From a virus: a DNA stretch of 64,000 bases. Where the stretch lies: the IMG/VR virus record IMGVR_UViG_3300048850_000068, positions 1 to 64,000 of that record; one strand, written 5' to 3'. A program made the position numbers and the translations under genes. The notes beneath the pieces were generated by a model. That model saw nothing but the letters and a program-made list of their open reading frames with translations, had not been told where the DNA came from and made no database searches. Positions 9,089 to 17,994 of the stretch are shown in pieces (the first letter of the stretch is position 1; each line of letters starts with the position of its first letter).

Positions 9089-9831
9089 CAGAACATTCCC
9101 CATGCGGGGTTGTTCGCCACGATCACGTCCTGCTCAAGCGCGGCGAGCTGCTCCGCGGCGTCCTGCTCCTCACGGGCAATCCGGGCGTCCTCCTCGGCCT
9201 TGATCTTCATGCGCGCCTCTTCCTCGCGCTGCCGGCGATCTTCTGCGGCCCGCTTGGCTTCACGCTCCTCCTGGGCCTTCCTCTGACGTGCCCACTTGTC
9301 CTCGCGCTCCTTGCGGGCAGCTTCAGCCTTGGCCTTCTTCGTCAGGCTCGGGTCGATCTCCTCAAAGGCCCATTCGTATTCGGTCTCCGAGAACGTATCG
9401 CCGTTGTCGCGTCGCTCCCATGGCTGATCGGCACGAAGCGCGGTCGAGTGCGAGACCACATCAGTCACATCGGACTTCCAGCGCTTGCCGTGCCCGAATG
9501 CCGCCCAGGTGTGCCTAACCAGAGCATCCTCGATCCGGTAGCCCTCGAAGGTGTCGCCGCCGAAGTTTGCCGTGATAAAGACAATGCCAACCGGGAAATC
9601 TGGAAAGCCGACAATGGTCTCGGCGTCTTGATCGACGAGCTCGATGGCATGAAGCTGCGTTGAGGGAACGGAATTGCCGTTGTGATCAAAGCCCTGCGTC
9701 GAGGCGTATTGCGCCTCGAACACATGCTCGCCGATCCTGAAGCGTTTGCCGATCGTTCCGTAATAGAGGTGACGACCTTCCGCGCCGAGCAGATCGAAGA
9801 ACTCGCGGCAGACGGCTGGGGCGTAGCTCAT
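9088..9831 (-). CDS. Hypothetical protein with charged coiled coil, C-terminal NNPAWGMF
   Basis: ORF coupled by ATGA overlap. Confidence 0.6.
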   Translation of the reverse strand: MSYAPAVCREFFDLLGAEGRHLYYGTIGKRFRIGEHVFEAQYASTQGFDHNGNSVPSTQLHAIELVDQDAETIVGFPDFPVGIVFITANFGGDTFEGYRIEDALVRHTWAAFGHGKRWKSDVTDVVSHSTALRADQPWERRDNGDTFSETEYEWAFEEIDPSLTKKAKAEAARKEREDKWARQRKAQEEREAKRAAEDRRQREEEARMKIKAEEDARIAREEQDAAEQLAALEQDVIVANNPAWGMF

Positions 9832-10262
9832 CCGAACATACCCCACATCGGGTTGTCCTGGTTCGCCTCGACGCTCTCCTTGCGAGTGCTCTCCTCGAAA
9901 TCAGCCATAAAGATCTTCACCGCCTCGTTCCAGTCCGGAACGCTGTCACCGTCCTCAAAACCGAGCGCCGTGACCAGGAAGTATTCCAGGCCGGTGAATT
10001 GCTCGAACTGCGACGGCTTCGACAGCTCCATCTGCGTGTAGGGCTTGTCGTCGAACGGCACGAATTCCAGGATGAAGTTACCGCGCGCACCCGTGCGCAC
10101 GCCCTTTAGGATAAATTCATCCCCGCCGGTGAGCGGCCTGGTCTTGTAGGTGCCGTTTTCCAACACCGACGTCTTGAGCGCGCCTTCGAGGGCGAAGGCC
10201 GGCTCCTCACGCCTGATCGCAGCGAGAAGCTTGTCGATCACTGCCTGGGTTGCTGGGTTCAT
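9828..10262 (-). CDS. Hypothetical protein, C-terminal DNPMWGMFG
   Basis: ORF downstream of a palindrome + promoter-motif pair. Confidence 0.6.
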   Translation of the reverse strand: MNPATQAVIDKLLAAIRREEPAFALEGALKTSVLENGTYKTRPLTGGDEFILKGVRTGARGNFILEFVPFDDKPYTQMELSKPSQFEQFTGLEYFLVTALGFEDGDSVPDWNEAVKIFMADFEESTRKESVEANQDNPMWGMFG

Positions 10263-10273
10263 GGTGGTTCCTA

Positions 10274-10291
10274 TCAGTCAGTTCTGACTTA
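10274..10291. promoter_or_regulatory. 18-bp palindromic operator-like site
   Basis: TCAGTCAGTTCTGACTTA. Confidence 0.7.
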
Positions 10292-10296
10292 CTAAT

Positions 10297-10515
10297 CTAG
10301 CTATAGCTTGGAACGAACGGATTGTTCAATGCTCGTTTCAACTGGGCAATCGTATTTTTGATCGAGCGGGCGTCTCCGGGCGTGGAAGCGGAATACACCG
10401 CCTGCCCGCCGCCCGGAGGGGTCCACTTCAGGTGACGCCCGCCGGTCTCCTCGACCGTCCAGCCGTCAGCCTTGTAGCGCTTAATGAGCTTCTTCAAATC
10501 GCCTTTGAGAGACAT
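10297..10515 (-). CDS. HicA-like (dsRBD-fold) small protein
   Basis: GWTVEETGGRHLKW...STPGD.R...N...LKR pattern. Confidence 0.55.
   Translation of the reverse strand: MSLKGDLKKLIKRYKADGWTVEETGGRHLKWTPPGGGQAVYSASTPGDARSIKNTIAQLKRALNNPFVPSYS
10302..10326 (-). promoter_or_regulatory. Phage promoter-like motif
   Basis: AACAATCCG-N10-GCTATA. Confidence 0.55.
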
Positions 10516-10991
10516 TGTTGCCACTCCTTCCAAACATTCTTCATCGCCCGTCTCCTCTCCTCGACGTAGCGAACACAATTACCGGTGCCGCCGGCACGGC
10601 CATTCCAGAGCGCTAGAACCAGATCGCAACGATCAACCATCCAGCGGTTGCGGATCTGCATCTTGTGAGACTCGAATCCGCCTTGGCAGACGATCACCAC
10701 CTCGGAAGCGTCCTGGACCAGCTTGAGATACATTTGCTGATCCGCGTGGCTCCAAAGCTTCTCCTGTCCGAAGAAGGGGATCGCTGCGATGTAAGGGATG
10801 CGCAGCGAGAGTGCCGCCTGAGCAAGAGCGGTGTCCCAGCCAATCGCCATGCCGGAGATCACCTTCCGCGGCTTGAGCTCCTGAAGCTGCTCGATGGCGA
10901 ACTCAGCCAGGCGAATCCGCGCATCGGGGCCGTATCCGCCGAGCGAGACCGGACGATGCCCGGTGCCGGCAATTACGGGACCCGCCGTCAC
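10494..10991 (-). CDS. SLOG-family (YspA/DUF1273-like) protein
   Basis: AGTGHRP, ISGMAIGWD, RNRWMVD, GGTGNCV. Confidence 0.78.
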   Translation of the reverse strand: MTAGPVIAGTGHRPVSLGGYGPDARIRLAEFAIEQLQELKPRKVISGMAIGWDTALAQAALSLRIPYIAAIPFFGQEKLWSHADQQMYLKLVQDASEVVIVCQGGFESHKMQIRNRWMVDRCDLVLALWNGRAGGTGNCVRYVEERRRAMKNVWKEWQQCLSKAI

Positions 10992-11284
10992 TTCGCTTCA
11001 CCCGGCTTGGGAATGGGGAGCCAGTAGACAGCGCGGTATCCGGTCTCCTCGAGCGGAGCGCTGCTGGCCGTGTAAAGAGCAGGGCGACGGTTGCACCAGT
11101 TCCAGGTGCAGTCCGTGAAGCGCTTCCACTCGAAGGAATCATCCTCCGGCTTCCAGCGCTTCGCCCATACATCAAACGGGGTGTCTTCTCTGATTTCGTC
11201 GGCCACGTCCAGGCGCCCGCTGTGACCGTAGACGGGCTTGAACGGGCTCGCCGATGCTGGTGCGTCCTTTGTGATCGTAATCAT
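10988..11284 (-). CDS. Hypothetical protein
   Basis: Coupled ORF ending YWLPIPKP, a common phage small-protein motif. Confidence 0.5.
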   Translation of the reverse strand: MITITKDAPASASPFKPVYGHSGRLDVADEIREDTPFDVWAKRWKPEDDSFEWKRFTDCTWNWCNRRPALYTASSAPLEETGYRAVYWLPIPKPGEAK

Positions 11285-13221
11285 GCTGAAGCTTCCTCCA
11301 GAGTGCTCTCCCACTTCGCCTTCTTGACGACAGTGATCGTGTTGGAAATCCAATCCTTGAGATTGTTGTGGCTGATGACGAAGACCGAGCCGCGCTCGCG
11401 CGCCTTCTCCTCGAGGATCTGCATCAGGCGCTCGAGGCCTGCCGGGTCGAGGGCGTCGTCGATCTCGTCGCCGATGAAGAGCTCAATGGGCTTGGTCGCC
11501 CGGCGCGCGACGAGGTCCTGCAGGGCCAGGGCCGCAGCGATCCGGACCTTGCGCTTCTCGCCGCCCGAGACGCTCTTGAAGGTGTCGCCGCCCTCGGCGT
11601 GAACAACCTCGATGGAGAACTTCTCCTTGAGATTGCCCTTCGAATCCGGAACCAGAGTTGACCAGGTCGCCGTGATGTTGCCGTCGGACAGGGTGCCTAG
11701 ATACTTGGCGGTCTGATCGTTAAGGAAGGGTGTCACCTCGTCGAGCATGAAAGCCCGCACGCCGGCCGGTGAGAACACCCTTGCGACCGTCTCGCTCGCC
11801 TTGACCAGCGCAACCGCCCCGTCGACCTCCTCAGACAGCTCCTTGAGCCGTGTTTCGATGTCCTCAATCTCGCCGTCCATGCGCTCGATCTGGGCCGCGA
11901 AGGGGTTTTCCGCCTTCTTAACCTCGTTGAGCCGCTCGACATAACCCTTCGCCTTCTGGACGTGGGTCTCCTTCGCCTGCTCCAGGCCGGTGATCGTATT
12001 CAGATCGTTGCGCATCTCGCGCAGGGACGCATTTGTTGCGCTCAAGTCAGTCATACTAGCGCGATGCTTGGAAAGCTCGTCAGTGACGCTCTGAAGCGAT
12101 TTCTGAGCGTCTTCCAGTTCTGTCTTTGCTGCGTTGAAGCTCGCGACAGTCGCACGATAGCGCGCAGCGATGGCATCTTGCACCGGCTTGACGTCCTGAG
12201 CCGTGATCGGCTTAGAGCAGGCGTTGCACGGGCAGCCGATCTGATGCTTGGCGTCGTCGTGCTCCTTCTTCTCGCGGTCGGCCTGGCTCTTGAGGGTCCG
12301 GAGCTGCACCTGGGCCGAAGTCACGGTCTGCGTTGCCGTCAGCACCCGCGCCTCGAGCTCCTTCTCCTTCTTGCGCTCGTCGGCCGAGCCGTCGATCATC
12401 GCCTCAAGGCGCTTGATGACGCTCAAGGTCGTGGGCTTGTCGAACTTGGACAGCCGGTCAGCCACACCGACGGCAAAATCCCTCTCGCTCTTGGCGAGCC
12501 GGGTCAGTTCGACTACCTGATCCGCACGTCTACTCTCATAGTCCTTGTAAGACGTCTTAAGAGTAGCGAAACGGTTCTGGGCATCGGTCAGCCGGGTCGA
12601 TTGCAGTTGCACCTGGCGCTGGAATCCGTCGAGAATGCCCTTTGCAGCCGTGACGCGGGTATTCGCCTCCTTGTAAGCCGCCTCGAGCAAGGTTGCGCCG
12701 GACGCCTCTTCGATCAGGAGCTTCAACTGCTTGTCGGTCATGCCCGGAAGGTCGGGCATCATCTCCTGGCCCGCATAGACCGCGCTCTTGAACACGTCGT
12801 AGGAGCAACCGATGACCTTGTCGATCTCGATCTGAGTGAGGGCATTCGTGCCCTTGGTCAGGTCGGTGATGGCGCCGGTCGTATCGAGGCGCAAGAGCTG
12901 GACGAGGTTCTTGTGCTGCTTGTGCTTGCGGTAGCGGTTGATCCGGTAGACGTCATCGCCATCCTCGATATCGACCGTGACCATGCAATCCTTCTTCGCC
13001 GACAGGTTCACGACCTTGTCGCCGTCTTCCCCGCGCGCCGTGACGCCATAGAGCGCCCAGCAGATGCCGTCGGGCAGCGAGGACTTGCCGGCGCCGTTGG
13101 AATCGGCCGAGGTGTCGCGGTTGTTCTCGCCCTGGATCAGCACCAGGCCGCGGTCCGCGAGCTTGACGTCGCCTTCCTTGATCGTGAGGAAGTTCTGGAA
13201 CTTTGCGCGCAGGATCTTCAC
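11281..13221 (-). CDS. SbcC/Rad50 (gp46-like) ABC ATPase
   Basis: NGAGKSS Walker A, coiled coil, CNAC hook, SGGEK signature, IGDEIDDALD, ISH. Confidence 0.9.
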   Translation of the reverse strand: MKILRAKFQNFLTIKEGDVKLADRGLVLIQGENNRDTSADSNGAGKSSLPDGICWALYGVTARGEDGDKVVNLSAKKDCMVTVDIEDGDDVYRINRYRKHKQHKNLVQLLRLDTTGAITDLTKGTNALTQIEIDKVIGCSYDVFKSAVYAGQEMMPDLPGMTDKQLKLLIEEASGATLLEAAYKEANTRVTAAKGILDGFQRQVQLQSTRLTDAQNRFATLKTSYKDYESRRADQVVELTRLAKSERDFAVGVADRLSKFDKPTTLSVIKRLEAMIDGSADERKKEKELEARVLTATQTVTSAQVQLRTLKSQADREKKEHDDAKHQIGCPCNACSKPITAQDVKPVQDAIAARYRATVASFNAAKTELEDAQKSLQSVTDELSKHRASMTDLSATNASLREMRNDLNTITGLEQAKETHVQKAKGYVERLNEVKKAENPFAAQIERMDGEIEDIETRLKELSEEVDGAVALVKASETVARVFSPAGVRAFMLDEVTPFLNDQTAKYLGTLSDGNITATWSTLVPDSKGNLKEKFSIEVVHAEGGDTFKSVSGGEKRKVRIAAALALQDLVARRATKPIELFIGDEIDDALDPAGLERLMQILEEKARERGSVFVISHNNLKDWISNTITVVKKAKWESTLEEASA

Positions 13222-13538
13222 AGGCTCTCTTCCCTGACAGTGATGTTTTCGGACATTTCGGTTTCGACGATCATGGGCCTCTCGTCGTTGAAGGGCAGCA
13301 CCACGCGCACGGACGGGCTATCCATGCCGTCGCGGTGCGCCAGGAGGATCACACCTTCCTCGGCGTGCTCGACCCAGATTCGCGGGCCCTTGTCGTAGCC
13401 CGGGACCGTGTCGTGCTTCTCGGCTACATCGATGACGATCGCCGTCTCGCCGAGATTGGCACGGAACGCCACCTTGTCGCGGGCGTCCCGGCTGCCTCTC
13501 ATGCGTGAGAGAAGACCGCTAATCGGCCAGACCATCAC
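13218..13538 (-). CDS. Hypothetical protein
   Basis: Overlap-coupled ORF. Confidence 0.5.
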   Translation of the reverse strand: MMVWPISGLLSRMRGSRDARDKVAFRANLGETAIVIDVAEKHDTVPGYDKGPRIWVEHAEEGVILLAHRDGMDSPSVRVVLPFNDERPMIVETEMSENITVREESL

Positions 13539-13891
13539 TCCCCTCCGATCGTGTTGACGAGAGCGCCATAGGTGCCCGTGTGGATATTGCTGGCGGGCGC
13601 TGGCTTTGATCCCATGTCCGCGAAGTCGTTCCGGTCGGCCTTACGGAAGCTCTTTCCTGAGCCCTTGCCCGAATGCTTGAAGCTGGTTTTCCCGCCGCGC
13701 TGCGGCTGCTCGTATTGTCGCGTGATGACGGCATTCGGATCTTTGCCCTTGTATGCTTCGGCGGTGGTGTAAGGCAGGTCGTGGAGCGTGACCGAAATCC
13801 GCTCCTCGCGATCATCGATCTTCTTGCCTTTCTCGTCGAAAACCGAGATCAACTGCCTGCGTGTGAAAGTGACCGAATAAAGCTGAGACAT
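13535..13891 (-). CDS. Hypothetical protein
   Basis: ORF directly downstream of the promoter motif at 13923-13947. Confidence 0.55.
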   Translation of the reverse strand: MSQLYSVTFTRRQLISVFDEKGKKIDDREERISVTLHDLPYTTAEAYKGKDPNAVITRQYEQPQRGGKTSFKHSGKGSGKSFRKADRNDFADMGSKPAPASNIHTGTYGALVNTIGGE

Positions 13892-13922
13892 TACGCCCTC
13901 GTCTGTGTTGCTATTCTTATAA

Positions 13923-13947
13923 TCTAGCAGAAACTACGCGGATTGCG
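13923..13947 (-). promoter_or_regulatory. Phage promoter-like motif
   Basis: CGCAATCCG-N10-GCTAGA. Confidence 0.55.
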
Positions 13948-13953
13948 GTCGGC

Positions 13954-15033
13954 TTATACTGTCACCGAGCGGACAGTTGTCAGGACGTCAGCAGCCATCG
14001 ACTTGATCAGGGCCGCGTTCGGCAACTTCTGATCGTCGATATACTTATCCACGCTTTCGTCGAGGCTGAGCCCCTTGGTTGCCACGCTCCCGGTGCGGGC
14101 CGAGGCGACGACCCGTGCGACCTGGAACGAGGCACCAAGCGCGCCCATCTTCTCCAGCTCGGTCCGGAACTTGACGATCTCGACGTCGGTCAGCTTCATG
14201 CCGCGGATGCGGATGTAGTTGCCGTCGACCAGGAGCGGAATGTCATCCTCGTCGGTGTCGTTGGTGATCTCGATGAAGTTCGGCGCGTGCGAGGCGCGGT
14301 GCTCGAAGCGATCTTCGTAGACCAGCAGGAACCCGGCCTGTGTGCCGATATCGCCCCATTGCTGATGCGTCGTGGCGCCGATCGAGATGACCTTCGTGTT
14401 CAGAGGCTTGAAATTGTGATAGTGGCCGGCGAAGACCCGCTTGAAGCCCCAGGACGCAACCTCGGTGGCGTCGAGCCCGTGATCCGGCATGTTCATGATG
14501 ACGCCGTTGATGCCGGCATGGATGATGAGGTCGACCTCGGCCGGGTCCATCTTGAGCGCGATGATGCGATCGGCCAGCTCGTCCTGCTTCTGACGCAGAT
14601 CGTCATAGGACGAGCACCAGGGGACAAAGGCGAGCCAGGCGCCTTGTGCCGTCTGGATCAGGTCGGGCTTGGTCATCACCATGAAGCCGTCGAGGGCGCC
14701 AAGCGTCTGGATGGCGTTGCCGAGCTCCGTCGTCTCCTTGCCCTTCAGGTCGTGATTGCCGGGGATGGCGACGATGGTGAAGCCCCAGCCGAGCAGCTTG
14801 CGGAACATGTTGTGGGTCGGGTTGAACACTTCCGGATCGAGCTTGCCGCGCTCGTGGAAGATATCGCCCGCGATCACGATGGTATCGCCGCCCGCCTTCC
14901 GCAGCTCCACTGCCGCCCGCTCCAGCTCATTGAGAATGGTGAGGAGACGGCTGTTGATGCCGCTGGCGTCGGTTTTGGCGAAGGCGGACCAGGCGTGGCA
15001 GTGCAGGTCGGAGACGAGCAGATAGGGCTTCAT
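13954..15033 (-). CDS. SbcD/Mre11 (gp47-like) nuclease
   Basis: SDLH, AGDIFH, PGNHD, GHYH metallophosphoesterase motifs; near sbcC-like gene. Confidence 0.88.
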   Translation of the reverse strand: MKPYLLVSDLHCHAWSAFAKTDASGINSRLLTILNELERAAVELRKAGGDTIVIAGDIFHERGKLDPEVFNPTHNMFRKLLGWGFTIVAIPGNHDLKGKETTELGNAIQTLGALDGFMVMTKPDLIQTAQGAWLAFVPWCSSYDDLRQKQDELADRIIALKMDPAEVDLIIHAGINGVIMNMPDHGLDATEVASWGFKRVFAGHYHNFKPLNTKVISIGATTHQQWGDIGTQAGFLLVYEDRFEHRASHAPNFIEITNDTDEDDIPLLVDGNYIRIRGMKLTDVEIVKFRTELEKMGALGASFQVARVVASARTGSVATKGLSLDESVDKYIDDQKLPNAALIKSMAADVLTTVRSVTV

Positions 15034-15046
15034 GTGTTCCTCTTTG

Positions 15047-15064
15047 TCAGTCAGTTCTGACTTA
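15047..15064. promoter_or_regulatory. 18-bp palindromic operator-like site
   Basis: TCAGTCAGTTCTGACTTA. Confidence 0.7.
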
Positions 15065-15074
15065 CATTCGTGTT

Positions 15075-15099
15075 TATAGCAAGATCTGATCGGATTGCA
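15075..15099 (-). promoter_or_regulatory. Phage promoter-like motif
   Basis: TGCAATCCG-N10-GCTATA. Confidence 0.6.
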
Positions 15100-15116
15100 T
15101 GCGGCAATTTCTTGGA

Positions 15117-15530
15117 TCAGATGCGAACCTTGCCCGAGCGGTAGCGAAACTGCGTCAGGTTGACGTGGCGCTGCAGGGAGCCGTTCTTGCCGGAATAGTT
15201 CAGGATCTTGTAGAACCGCTTGTCGAAGAAGCGGTCGAGCGTCGTCATGTAGAGGTCCTTGGTGTCGCGGACCAGGACGCCGACGAACGGGATACCCTGC
15301 GCTCGAACCTGCAATAAGGTTTCGTCGTCAAGGGCCCAGGTGGCGACCCCTTTGCGGATCGCGTCCGAGATCGACTTCTCGCCGGAACGGAAGATCTCGG
15401 TGGTCTTACGGTAGGCGACATAGGCTCGCCTACCGTCCTCAAGCGTGTAGATGGCACCGTAAAGTCTGCGGCCCTTCTTAAGCTGCACAACCTTGATGCC
15501 GGAAGAGCGGGATGACGTTTTCGACGACAT
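15117..15530 (-). CDS. Hypothetical protein
   Basis: Probable start MSSKTSS; basic protein. Confidence 0.5.
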   Translation of the reverse strand: MSSKTSSRSSGIKVVQLKKGRRLYGAIYTLEDGRRAYVAYRKTTEIFRSGEKSISDAIRKGVATWALDDETLLQVRAQGIPFVGVLVRDTKDLYMTTLDRFFDKRFYKILNYSGKNGSLQRHVNLTQFRYRSGKVRI

Positions 15531-15957
15531 GGGGCAATCCGTTGTATTCCCAGATGCCCTGCTGCCCACGTGCCGGAACCGGGTTGTCGAACACCTCTGG
15601 GTCGCGCAAGCGCCAGGCGTAACGTCCCGGTTGCCACCATCCGAAGGCCCGCTCTTCGTCGGTGATGTCCTCGAGGTCCTCATCCGTGATCGGATCGCAG
15701 GAGTTGAGGGTCACCGTGCCGAGAATGCAGCCATGCGGTAGAGCGTCGAGCTCCGGCAGGCCTGTCTCGTCATAGAACTTGCGGAACCCCGGATCCTCCA
15801 TCGCGGCTCGCTGCTCGGGCCGGATCACCTTGGTTGAGGCGATGGCGATGCGCTGCCGAATGAGGGACTTGGGAGCAGGCCATCCACGAGTTTCGATGAG
15901 CTTGTGGCGATAGACAACCAGACTTGCATATGGCTGCCAGATCGAAATGACCTTCAC
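15478..15957 (-). CDS. ASCH-domain protein
   Basis: ISIWQPYASL..KLIETRGW, GCILGTV, YAW.L, RGQQGIW. Confidence 0.85.
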   Translation of the reverse strand: MKVISIWQPYASLVVYRHKLIETRGWPAPKSLIRQRIAIASTKVIRPEQRAAMEDPGFRKFYDETGLPELDALPHGCILGTVTLNSCDPITDEDLEDITDEERAFGWWQPGRYAWRLRDPEVFDNPVPARGQQGIWEYNGLPHVVENVIPLFRHQGCAA

Positions 15958-16026
15958 GATAAACTCCCCTATCTGCGTCAGAGTAACACATAGGGGAGTT
16001 CATAGCTGGTGTAAATAAAGGGCGAA

Positions 16027-16260
16027 TTAGCGATCTTCGAGTTTTTCGTCGCCTGAGACGATTTCTTCTGCGGCGTAGTCGATCACCTCGACGGAGATAA
16101 ACCCACCGACCGGAACCCAGGCGAGATCGCCGTTTTCATCGTCCTCGACGATTTTCTCGGCCGCATCCGTGGCCTCCTGGAGAGTGTCAGCCTCAATGGT
16201 GAGGCTGACTTCCTCCTGGACCTTGACGTGGCGCTTAGCGGTCACGTCCCAGAATGCCAT
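16027..16260 (-). CDS. Hypothetical acidic protein
   Basis: TAATG-coupled to recA. Confidence 0.5.
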   Translation of the reverse strand: MAFWDVTAKRHVKVQEEVSLTIEADTLQEATDAAEKIVEDDENGDLAWVPVGGFISVEVIDYAAEEIVSGDEKLEDR

Positions 16261-17348
16261 TACGCGGCTTCCTCCTGCTCGAGCTCGACCTCAGCGACGA
16301 CGGGCGGCTCGTAATTCGCCGGCAGCAGCGCCAGAAGCTTCTTGAAGCCGACATCGCCTTCCTTCTCGATGGCCCGGGCGACAGTCTCCTTCGGGTAGGA
16401 CTTGCCGTTCCACTCGATCGTGCCGGCCTTCGAGCCCGCCTTGAGGATTCCCTCCTCGGAGAGGAAGTCGATCAGCGAGCGCTCGCGGTCGAAGCGGCCG
16501 GTGCCGTCTTCCTGATACATAAAGCGCCAGGATGCGGTGCGGAACGGGCGCGCCACCTTGTTCTTCATGAACTTGCCGGTGACCTCCTGTCCGATGACCT
16601 CGTCGCCCTTCTTGATCTGGGACGCCGAGAGCCAGAGACGCTGCGAGAAGTAGAACTCCGGCGCCTGCCCGCCCGTGGTCTTACGCGGATCACCGAACAT
16701 GACGCCGATCTTCATGCGGATCTGGTTGAGGAAGATGGCGCAGATATCGAACTCCTCGCAAAGCTGCGCGAAAGCCGGGAACGAGTTCGACGTGGCGCGA
16801 GCCAGAGCCGAGTTGTCGTTCATGTTGCGGTCCTCGAGGGACTTCACACCGACAGCCTTGCCGTTCTTCATCTCGTAATAGGCGCTCTGGGGCACCATTG
16901 CGGCGAGAGAGTCGAACACCCAGCAAATCGGCGCATCCGGCGCGATCAGCTTCTTAGAGCGGATGTGCCTTGCGGCAATCGCGCAGATCTGCAGGCTTTC
17001 CTCGAACGTCTTGGGCTTCTTAAAGATGAAGCGACCAGGCGTGACGTCGAGGCCGAGGCGGGGCGCCAGATCCACAGAGAACGAGCGCTCGTGATCCATA
17101 AAGCCCGCAATACCGCCCGCCTTCTGTGCGGCAGCCATGGCTGCGGTCGCGATCGCGGTCTTGCCCGAGGAAGGCGGACCGGCGATTTCCAGCATGCGGC
17201 CGACGGGCAATCCGCCGTCCCACTTGGAGCTCGAACCGTGGTTGAGGGGCGGGAAGCCGGTGTTCAGGAACGACCGGACCGTTGCCTCTTCGTCATTGTC
17301 GCCGATGATCCCGGCGAGTGACTTTGCAATGTCTTCTGCTGATGCCAT
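16260..17348 (-). CDS. recA: RecA/UvsX-like recombinase
   Basis: GLPVGRMLEIAGPPSSGKT, FDSLAAM, FLNQIRMKIGVMFGDP, KNKVARPF. Confidence 0.92.
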   Translation of the reverse strand: MASAEDIAKSLAGIIGDNDEEATVRSFLNTGFPPLNHGSSSKWDGGLPVGRMLEIAGPPSSGKTAIATAAMAAAQKAGGIAGFMDHERSFSVDLAPRLGLDVTPGRFIFKKPKTFEESLQICAIAARHIRSKKLIAPDAPICWVFDSLAAMVPQSAYYEMKNGKAVGVKSLEDRNMNDNSALARATSNSFPAFAQLCEEFDICAIFLNQIRMKIGVMFGDPRKTTGGQAPEFYFSQRLWLSASQIKKGDEVIGQEVTGKFMKNKVARPFRTASWRFMYQEDGTGRFDRERSLIDFLSEEGILKAGSKAGTIEWNGKSYPKETVARAIEKEGDVGFKKLLALLPANYEPPVVAEVELEQEEAA

Positions 17349-17361
17349 TTGTGTGCTCCTC

Positions 17362-17994
17362 TTAGTCGTCAATGAAACCGGCGTCGGCAATGCCGCCGGT
17401 CTTGGGGTCTGGAACTTCGGTCGGGTCGAGCTTGACGATCTTCACGCGCCGCTCTTCTTCGTCGTCGAAGATCACCGTGCCGCCGGCGTCCTTCACCAGG
17501 CGCCCCGCGGGTGGGCGCCACTCACGCGGCTTTCGGCGGGGTGGGGTAGGGGTCTCGTCACCGCCCGAGAAGTCAGGCGGCAGCGTCACAGCCCCGCCAG
17601 TGAGCCTTGAGAGCTCCGCGAGCTCGTCGTCGTCCGAGGTGAGCACAAGCTTGCCTCCCGGCATGACAGTCGCGGGCGTTGTGTTCGGCCCAGGAACGAA
17701 GGCGATGCTCGTCGGCGGGTTGAACGCGGCCGGGACCGGGCTCAACACGGGGATCAATGCGGGACCCGCCGTGGGTAGATCCATGTCGAGCGAGAAGCGC
17801 CCGGTCGTGGCGATGCTCACCTGACGCGCGAGCAGCGCCTTCTGTTGCACCCCGTTGAGGCTCTGCCCCAGGAAGGCGAACACCTTGTTGGCGTGCTCCT
17901 CATCGATCTGAGCGCCGGCCTGCTCGAACGCCTTGACCAGCTCGCCCAGAGCCTTGCCGACCTTGTTGACGGCCTGTTCGATCTTCTGGCTCAT
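17362..17994 (-). CDS. Hypothetical protein (Pro-rich linker)
   Basis: ORF coupled to the exonuclease gene. Confidence 0.55.
   Translation of the reverse strand: MSQKIEQAVNKVGKALGELVKAFEQAGAQIDEEHANKVFAFLGQSLNGVQQKALLARQVSIATTGRFSLDMDLPTAGPALIPVLSPVPAAFNPPTSIAFVPGPNTTPATVMPGGKLVLTSDDDELAELSRLTGGAVTLPPDFSGGDETPTPPRRKPREWRPPAGRLVKDAGGTVIFDDEEERRVKIVKLDPTEVPDPKTGGIADAGFIDD

Noticed and set aside
12043-12060. Possible extra operator inside sbcC (CAAGTCAGTCATACTAGC)
   Set aside because: Only one half-site matches, so it was not counted.
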